64,000 bases of DNA from Octopus vulgaris (Eukaryota): assembly GCA_951406725.2 (NCBI GenBank), contig OX597830.1, forward strand, positions 3,968,001-4,032,000, in the 5' to 3' direction. Of the stretch, positions 54,436 through 64,000 are shown piece after piece. A program made the position numbers and the translations under genes. Under the pieces are notes generated by a model. The model was not told the origin of the DNA. It saw only the letters and a program-made list of their open reading frames with translations, and ran no database searches. The first letter of the stretch is position 1; each line of letters opens with the position of its first letter.

Positions 54436-57164
54436 AAAAAAAAGATTTTAAAATTCCTAATAATATTCAATTCTAAAAATCTAATCAGTTCTTTTAACCA
54501 TTGAATGTCTATGAAGGTGCACTGGAGTAAAAATGGGAAACAAAGGAGTCCCTGGGAGTAGAAAATGGTTGGAAACCAGTGATTTAAACAAACAAGCAGA
54601 CGTAGAATCAAAAGTCTTCTAATTGAGACCATCATGTCTTCTTCAGACATAAATGGATATCATCCTTCTTTTAAGATAATAGGGTATGTGGTTTGAGGTA
54701 GGTTTCGTTACTATTACTAGCAGGTCAACCTATGGTTTTCTCAGATGGGTAATACTGTCTTATATATAGAATGTACATCAATGTTGCTGATAATAGCAGA
54801 CAATAACAAGAAAGATGGCAGCCAAAGAGATGCAAAAGAATCAGATATTCCCTTGGGAAGTGAGATTAGACACAAGACAAACAGAATTTAGAAATGGAAT
54901 TGACTTCTAATTTTATTGGTTTAATACTCATTAGTTTAACGATTCCACAAATCAACCATTTAACCATTATGTCTTTATTTTTTCAATTTTTATTTACCTC
55001 ATTTTATATTTTATTAAATAAAAGAATGTAAAAGCAATTTACTTGATTGGCTTTGCAGCCAGATTTGAATTATGGAGAACAATTTTGTAGAACATATTCT
55101 AATACAGGCACAGAGACATGGCTGTCTGGTAAAGAAGTTCACTTCTGATCCATGTGACTTTGGGCTCAGTTCCAGTGAATGGCATTTTGGGCAAATGTTT
55201 TTTTCCTTCAACCTCAAGCAAACTAATGTCTTGTGAGATAATATGGTAGATGGAAACTGTAAGAAGCTTGTCATACACAAGTATGCATGTATTTGTGTGT
55301 GTGTAAATGTGTCCAAAAACCGCACTGAATTAGTCTACGGTGATGTCACCATTTGTCATTGGCCTTTGTTGATAGTGACTTTTTTTTGATATTTCCTATC
55401 AACAAATTGTCCATAGCTCAGCACTTTCGAACTCCTCTCAAATAAAAATATAATTGTCCATTTAAAAACAAGTTAGAGCTGATAATAGAAAGTGAATCAG
55501 GTCAGGTTTAATCTCAGGTCATTCGCTGTTGCAGTGCATTGTTGCATTCACCATTTGTCAATATATTCCTGGGTTTTCCCACGTGACCCATGAAGCTGAG
55601 TCCCAGTCAGTCCCTATTTCCATGAGATATACCCCCTCATATGCTGTTACCGTGTGGCATGTGCATCCATCCATAAAAAAATTATGCCTCACTTTCTTTC
55701 CCTGAAAGCCATGCTCGCATGGAACAACAGGTGTTGAAAAGAAAGAACAAATGAGAATGAAAAGACATTTTATCTTTGGTTTAATGTATATTCTTAGAAA
55801 TATATAACATATATATTGTAATTATACCAAGTTTACAGGCATTGTGATCTTCTGTAGTAAACACTTCTTGTTCCTGGTAGCTTAAAAATAAAAGAGAACC
55901 TATTCTAATGACATTGAGAATATCAGCAGGTATATAAAAGATGTATCAACACATATTTCAGTATTTCTATTGTTATATTCGAAAATAAATGTAGTATCTT
56001 AATAGTGTCGAACATAATTCCAGAGATATCTGGATATTTTGGAAATTTCTTGACATAGATATAAAATCGGTACGTAAGAATATAAAATCAGTGCTGCTCT
56101 ATGTTTATGATAGTATCTAGTTGTCATTTTAATGTCAGTATTAGCAGGAGTAGATTCCAACAAAAAGTGATTGCGTAGAATAATGGGATATTTTCCTGAC
56201 ATTTTCAATCAGTATAAATATTTTGTTCCACCAATTGGCAATTATCTTGCTCTTTAAATTGTTGAACAGTATAGATGGGGGTATATTAATTTGAATATTG
56301 TAAAATGTCAAAAGCTGTTATTAAATATGATATGGAACCCATATTTCTTATCTAATAGGTAATGAGAGAAAAAACAAAACAGGCAAATGGAACTGAAAAT
56401 GGTCCACATTAGTTGTTCGACATAAAAATAAGAGAAGAAGTTTCTAGAATGAAATATAAAGATTTAAAAAAAAAAAACATTGAATCTGTCATAGGATAAC
56501 TTTTTTTTTCTAATCGAATTCTTCACTGTAGAGTTTTTATGTTGTTTGTAATATATCAACTTCAGAATTTTCCCATTTATGTGTAAATTTACATAATATA
56601 AATCAATAAATGAAAGCAATAAAGGGAATGGAAAAACAAAACAACAATAAATACGAAAATGATTTCGTCTTTTTTTTTAAATTTTAAATGGCAGAGAATT
56701 GATTATTAAATTCCTAGTTGTAAAGACATGATGTTTTAAAACCTGCGTTTTAGGTGTTGATAATTTTGTCAGATAATAAACCCTAAGGATGTCTTAAAAT
56801 CCTTCATACATTATTTTCTACAACTTGCTAAAACAAGGACATAAAAAACATTGAAAGGCTGCATTCATCACATGACAAACTACATCAAAATTCATAATTA
56901 AATTCAAAGTTTAAATTTTCAACCTTCTCACTTATAAGCAACATTTAGAAGTCATGGAATGTTAATATCTGAATAGCTGAATAGAAATCAAATTTTATAA
57001 GAAATCCTTTTAAAAAACACCATTTCTTAAAATGCATTTGTGATGTAAACTTATTTACCTGTGATATAATCTCCTTATTTGACATGTGCCACTCTTCCCT
57101 TCCAATTGCGCAATGGTTTTAAGGTTGTTTAAATTGGATACAAACTAAATTGGATATGAACTAT

Positions 57165-57365
57165 ACTATAGACACAAGGCCTGAAATTCTGGGGAAGGGG
57201 ACAAGTCGATTAGATCAACCCCAGTGCACAACTGGTACTTATTTGGTTCACCCCAAAAGGATGAAAGTCGACCTCAGTGAAATTTGAACTCAGAATATAA
57301 AGCCACGAGAAATGCTACCAAGTATTTTGTCCAGCAAATTAATGATTCTTCAGTTTGCCACTTTA
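57165..57365 (-). mobile_element. tRNA-derived SINE
   Basis: Same family as 42808; an older plus-strand copy lies at ~57905-58125. Confidence 0.75.
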
Positions 57366-59195
57366 TCCTGTGACCTAATAATCAAATGTTGTACCTTTTT
57401 ACTTTTGTGCTTTCCTTGGTGGTGGGAGATGTGGTGTAAACTTTTTCTAGCACTGCAGGTATTGTTGTTTTAAGAAAGTTTAAATATCAACATACAAGTT
57501 TAGTTCTACAAATAATTGAAAATGAGTATTCATAAAAAATAAATAAATAAATTGAAATATTTTTTCATAAATCTGTTAGTATCAACTATTAATACATGGA
57601 GCAGTAAAACTAAAATTAATAATTCTGCAACAAGAAAACAAAACAATATTTGCTTTGCTTCATATTTTTTTAATAATTCAAGGGGTGACAGGAGATAAAA
57701 TTTTGTTTTTTTACAACCTCGTTAGTAAGCTGGTAAATTAGCCCCGCTGAAAACAACCAATGTCCATCATCCAACAGAACAATACAGCACTTACAGTTAA
57801 ATAATCATCACCCAAATACTGAGGTCAAAAGCAGTAAATAAACCAGTCAGCTCAAAATTGTCGACCTTATGCCTACATTAGAAACCAAACTAATTACTTA
57901 ATTAATAAGGCAGTTGACTGATAGAATAACCAGCAGAACATTAGACAAAATGCCTTTCAAATATTATGTTCTGACTTTTTGCATTGAGATCAAACCCTAG
58001 CGAGGTCACTTTGCCTTTCATTATTTTGAGGACAACAAAATAAAGAAGCAGTAAAGTGCTGGAGACAATCCAATTATCTGTTCCCTTCTTTCAAATTTTT
58101 GGTCACGTACCTTTGTTAGAATCAATTATTACTCATTAGCCAAACAAACTTCTCTATATATTTGTCACCAGAGGAATCACTAAAGGGGCAAGATATTGGT
58201 TAGGTCAGCAGTTATGCTTCATTAGAGAGGCTCTGAGAGAGAGATCTTCAAACTAGAATTCTAATCCAATTGCTTACATTGCAACAAAGTGAAATCTTCC
58301 AGGAGAGGCACCCAAGAACTAGGTGGGTGGGAAATTAAGGTTACCATCCAAATAGACCAGAAGATTTGAAGTCAGAAAAAGAGTTGAAACAAATTCTAGA
58401 AGACATCCAATCTGAGACATTAACATCATCATCGTCATTTAGCATCCACCTTCCATGCTGGCATGGGTTGGACGCATCCACCAAAGCACCACCCTTGATT
58501 AGTGCTTGCAGTATCAATCTTGGAAGGATAAAAGGTAAAATTGACCCTGACAGGATCTAAACTCAGAGGACAAAGTGTTGGAATTAAAAAGAACTTGATA
58601 TTCTGTGTCCAATATTCTAATGAATGGCTATATACTGTGTTTAAGAAATATATAATTGTTTGAAAATTAAATAATTCAGGATGTAAAATATGTAATGAAA
58701 TATTGCAATCAAAGTAAATTCCACATCTCAGAATATCAGTTTATAGATAAAAATGCTTTTGATCTGTAATTATAAATTAAGATTTTCAGGGAAGATTTGT
58801 GAAAGCTAATATTCTTGAAATCATTTACATATGTATACTATGAAGATTATAACCTTTATATAGCCCAGGTAATCGATTTTAAGCTGTATTAAGTGTATGG
58901 AATATTTCTCAAGAAACATTTTATATATATATATATCAGCATCAGCATCATCATCCTCATCATCTACCATCCAATCCTCCATGCTTGCAGAAGTCCCATG
59001 GAATTCATTTAGGCAAGTTTTCTATGGCTGTGTACCTTTTCCTGGTGCAGCCCCAAGAAATGGAATATTTCACTATGATCTTCATGGAAGAATAGAAATG
59101 AATGACTCAAATGGTATGAACAATGACATTTGTCTATAAGAATCTTATAAAGACAAGTGGTACAAACATACATGCATGTGCACACATGCATGCAT

Positions 59196-59237
<42 letters not shown>

Positions 59238-60639
59238 GTATATAGCAGGTTTCCTTTTCCTTTTGTTTCCAGCTACCAAATCCATTTCTAAGGCTTTGAT
59301 CAGCCTCAGGCTCTAGTAAAGGATATTTGCTTGAGGTGCTCTCCAGTGGGACTGAACCAGGAACCCTGTGGCTGGTAAACAAACAAGTCCTGAGTTGATA
59401 TTCAGAATCTTGTCTGAAGGATTTAAACATGGATCACGAGCCACAGCACATGCCCAAGGCATAAAGAACTGCAACTTGGTAGTGCAGTAAAAGCACCTGA
59501 TAGAAATAAGAATACTGAATAATAATAATAATAATTGTTGTTGTTGTTATTATTAATATCATTATTATTATTATTATTAATAATATTACTATTATTCTGT
59601 AAAGATTTGAGAGACAATCCTCTGACCCTGAAATCTTCTTGAATAAGTGTTTTTTTTTTCATAATTAAGAACACATTGAGTTTACCATTAGAATCTGACT
59701 CAAAAATGAGAGTTAGCCATTATTCTGTTCCTTCTTTTATCACATTTGCGAAACCATTTCTTTATCATGGTTTCTTTCTTTGTGATTTTCACTTGCTTTT
59801 TGTACATCTGTATTTGATGAGTCTCTTCTCTCTCTCTCTCCTCCCTCTCTCTCTCTCTCTCATATCTTTTCAACTCCCTCTCTCTCCTTCTTCTATATCT
59901 CTCCTATTTCATATGTTTCCTATTGTCCCTCCCTATTCTCCTCTCCACACTGTTTCATCCTGTTGGATTTCTATTTTCATATAACTTTACCTTAGCTTAA
60001 CAACTCTAACATTCTCTCGCTCTCTCTGCATTACTACTTTTATATAGCAAATACATGCATTCTCGCACACACACACACACACACACATGCACAGGTTCTC
60101 ATGTACACACACACTCTTTACTCCCTTACAGCACATGACACTGCTGCAGAGAAGTGAGGGTAAGTGGGGGGGCAGATGACATTGCCTGTTCAGGTTAATC
60201 TCTACAGGCATGGCAATGTTCTAAGTACCGACAACTGAACTAATATGTGATGTGTTCTCCATGATAACCCACCCAGCACTCATTGCTTCAATGTCTGCCT
60301 ATTATTGAATTTGTTTATGTCAAACAGCTGTTGTCGTGCACAGCTATGTCTATTGCACAGGTCAACCTATCATCGCCTCCCTTTGACATGGAAGAACAGG
60401 ATTATTTTTCCTTGTCAGTTGGCTGAAGGGAAGAAAGCAATATGATGGATGCAGCTGAAAGATTTGAACAGCTCCTCATCACCTCCTTCAAGGACCACTT
60501 GAAGAGAAACACAAAAGTGTGTGCTTTGTGATTGGTGTTGTGCGTTTTGTATAAATGGATGGCAGCTGTTTTGAGTTGATGGGATTGCATCGATTATGTA
60601 AGAGTATTTGCTGTGTTATTCTATTGGGTGATGATTATT

Positions 60640-61005
60640 TAAGTGTAAGTGCTGTCTTGTTCTGTTGGATGATGGACATTGGTTGTTTTCAGCAGGGCTG
60701 TTTTTCGGACTCTATGTAACATTGTGGTCCCTGATATGTTTTTGCTTTCTATGTCATCTTTCTTTTTTATCATTTCTTGTATTCCAAATATTATTGATAC
60801 TGTTTCTACAGTTTTAAGATCCTTGTATTTTGACAGTTTTTCCCTCTTCCACTTCTTGCCTATCATATCAAAGTGTTGACCTTGTGTCTTGTAGACACTG
60901 CTTCAATTACATCTGTAAATATACTCAGGCAAGGCAAGGGTTGCACAGCTGGAAATGATGTGGTCACTTACATCACTGTCCTGGTTGCACAGTTTGTATA
61001 TGATG
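60640..61005 (-). mobile_element. R4/Dong-like RLE retrotransposon C-terminus
   Basis: KLCNQDSDVSDHIISSCATLALPEYIYR then EKLSKYKDLKTVETVSIIFG..MIKK..RKTALL. Confidence 0.75.
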
Positions 61006-62809
61006 TTAGTACCTTTCATTCATTATTATATTCTTGTAATTCTTAATGACTGAGTATTGGTTCCAAACAGTAAAAATCAGAATTTCTAATTCTTCTTTTA
61101 TGATATTTTGTCCCCTTGGAAGATTTCTTTCACTGCACTTTCTCCTACTCACCTTTTTGTACCTTTGGTATACACTGAGATAGCGCATCACCCTGTCTTG
61201 ATCACTCTTTCCAGCTCCCATCTAATTATGCCCATTTTGTTGTGGTGGTGATGGTGGTAGTGGGGCTCTTTTATATTACAAGCTGACTTCACTAATGCCA
61301 GGGCAATAAAAAGAACCATGTAGTACTCAATGTAAAGCGGCTGACATTTGAAAGGGCATCCAGCTATCAAACCCGTGCCAAGGTTGATACTGGAGCATGT
61401 CACAGTCCTCTGACTTGTCAGATCCTGTTCGACTGATACCAACATGGAAGATTGTAATTATATGATGATAATGATTAAATTCAGTGCAGCTTTTAGTTTT
61501 CAAAATTCTTCCCAAGCCAGCTTCTCTCATTATCTTTGATGGAAAATAAGCATCAAAAATATACGGCAGTTGATTGGATCTTAATTACAGCCTTCCTCAA
61601 TAAATAATTGGTTTTGCACCTAATATATAAATCAAAATTATTATCAGTAATATTGTCATTTTTAAAATTATTTAAATGATTTGTGCATGTGTTTTAATGA
61701 GTTTCTTTAATTAACAAAAAAAAATGTTAAGCATAATAAACAATTCATTAAAGTTTAGTTTCCTGTCCATGTTACTGGGAGAAAAAATCTATAGGTAAAC
61801 AAAGGGAAATTATCAAACAAAAACCAAAAAGCTGGAGTAATTAACGAAAATATGACTTTAAAAAGATATTTTCTCCATTTTTCCCAATTGTGAATTATGC
61901 ATGATACTTGAAGTTATAGGAGTCTTATGAGCAATGGACTGCAGCGTATTAAAAACCAGCTAGCTTATTAACAAGCAACAGTTAAAACTGCAATTAATTA
62001 ATTCCAGCCAATAATGTGCTGTTTTATATTATTGATTTGAAATTTGCTCATGTTGGAAACCGATCTTGTCCAAATCCATATCATATTCTACTGATTAGTT
62101 TATTGTCATTGTAATTACAGTCAGCGATAGGAAAGACAATTTCATTATCACCATTATCATCATTTTAATCAGAAGCAACAGTATGGTAATATTTTACTCA
62201 TAAAATAATTGCTATCATCTTCATTATAGTGATAATCATCATTGTCATCATCATCAACATTATCATTAGTAGTTGCTGCAGTAGTAATTTTATTCTTTTC
62301 CTTTATGTCAATATTCTGACCATAATCTAAAATTGGGAGTTGGTAGAAATAATAGCACTGGAGAAGAAATCCCCTTGCAGTGTTATCTTCTTTTATTCAT
62401 TTGCAGATTTTTTCCCCCCCATTTTCTGCCAGGATTGACTTTAATTTCATCCACCAGTGATCAATAAAACAAATAACAGCAATATAATTATTTATTTTTC
62501 AATAGTTTAATATGGAGGGATGGGTTGTAGGCATATTCTTTGCAACTCCTTTAAGACAGGTGAGCTTGATGTGGCTAGTATTCTTGCACGTTGTATCAAA
62601 AATCATGAGTGACAGACAATTCCAGAGGTGATGATCTAATGAGGAAGGATTGGGGGTAATAGTTTGTACTGGGTCTAAAGGATGAGGCAAAAGAATACAG
62701 GTGATAGAAAGAGAATAGCTGGCAGAATTAGGTGAGGATGGAGGTGGAATGAAACCAGCTGTCTGAAAGGAACTAATAGTAGGAGAGAAAACACCTTGAT
62801 GAGACTGAG

Positions 62810-63170
62810 CATCAATAAATATGAGTGGGGTGAGAACTGATTTCTAATGTACCCCCCCCCACACACACACACACACAAAGCCACACTAAATTCATCCCTG
62901 AAATCCTTATTGATTGCCCCTTTATGTAAAGCCTTCACAAATCATCCATAGTTTCCTTAACCATTGAATCAGTGTGCAAGGGAGCTTGTCAAAAGCCTTT
63001 TCCAGATCAGCGAATGTTAGGAATAGGAACTTAGTTGTAGCCTTGTATTTCTTTTATATTTGTCTCATAAGGAATATGGTATCCATGCTACCTCTTCATA
63101 GGACAGAATCAAGTTTCATAGAGAATTAATTTTATTCTTATGAACTAAATATATCATTGCTACTTTCAAT
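62810..63170 (-). mobile_element. RTE-clade reverse transcriptase fragment
   Basis: RGSMDTIFLMRQI*KKY...FADLEKAFDKLP...VH*KSVLTPLIFI. Confidence 0.8.
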
Positions 63171-64000
63171 AGTAAATGGTACTTCTGCATCATTGATATG
63201 TCATTATGGCTAAACACTGTCTTATAAGGAGATTAGCCCCATGGAGCAAATCCATGGTCAAAGACATTCCAGTTATGACCATCTTGTCTTTTTAAGACTG
63301 GATGGAGCTATACCATCTCCTTGTGCTTAGTTGTTTAAGACAGCAGAGTGTCGATCACGAGAGATTCAGCTGCAATTTCTAGCAAAGTGAACAACTATTT
63401 GGCAGTTCCCTCTCATTGAGAACTAAATATTTCTGTTAAAGAGGCTGTGTAATACCAAAGTATAAACCATTTTGCTGCAATAATGGTACACTAGCAACTC
63501 CATTATTTGTCTCAATAAAAGACAGATTAGGTACCTACCTCGAATTGTATTGAGAGATAAAGATATAGAATATCATAATATCCATTTTTTTAAATTTTTA
63601 GTAGAACCAAAGAGTTTCTGAACTAAAACCAAAAGAATCCCAGAGACATTATGTTCTATGGTGTACCCTCTGAACCACAATCCAAGATAAGGTGCTGGCA
63701 GAAGGATCTGAACTTAAAGCCTGGAGCATGGTATGAACAGCTTGACCATGTGACTTTGTAGCCCAGCAATTTAACCTTATAAGTATTTCTTAAGATATCA
63801 TAAACTATTTTGTTATTGAAGACTTATATATAAAACGTAGATAGATAAATGTATTTAAACAAAGAATACTTTCTTGATAATATTCTATCAATAATTTCCA
63901 TTAGAAGATATACTCTGTGTGTGGGTGTACGTGTATGTGTGTAATATTAAAGTTATAAAAGTAATTTATTTAAGTATTGTTGAAGAATTCTATATTTGCT

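Noticed and set aside
58140-58420. Coding-like frame as a host gene remnant
   Set aside because: RHPRTRWVGN fits an RTE LINE C-terminus (RGRP..RW) better

Overview
AT-rich, microsatellite-dense eukaryotic non-coding DNA. The SINE/LINE repertoire (tRNA-head SINEs, (GAT)n-tailed RTE-type 3' ends, Penelope remnants, long (TA)n arrays) resembles an octopus/coleoid cephalopod genome (inference). No intact protein-coding gene, rRNA, true tRNA or CRISPR array is supported; the long Tyr/Ile-rich ORFs are microsatellite artefacts. Supported content: many SINE copies, a deleted mariner, Penelope remnants with hammerhead-like motifs, RTE, CR1/L2, R4/Dong-like and CRE-like LINE fragments, TTAA-flanked MITEs, a Helentron-like element and two minisatellites. 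The most notable signal is that the 'unique' DNA between repeats, translated through stops and frameshifts, gives remnants of unrelated, apparently intron-less genes. The best is a collinear ionotropic glutamate receptor (about 38.8-41.9 kb, minus strand), then a GH18 chitinase-like domain, with weaker VWD, tetraspanin and receptor-kinase fragments. Several fold-back inverted duplications are centred on (TA)n tracts. All family calls were made by eye and need HMM/BLAST confirmation.
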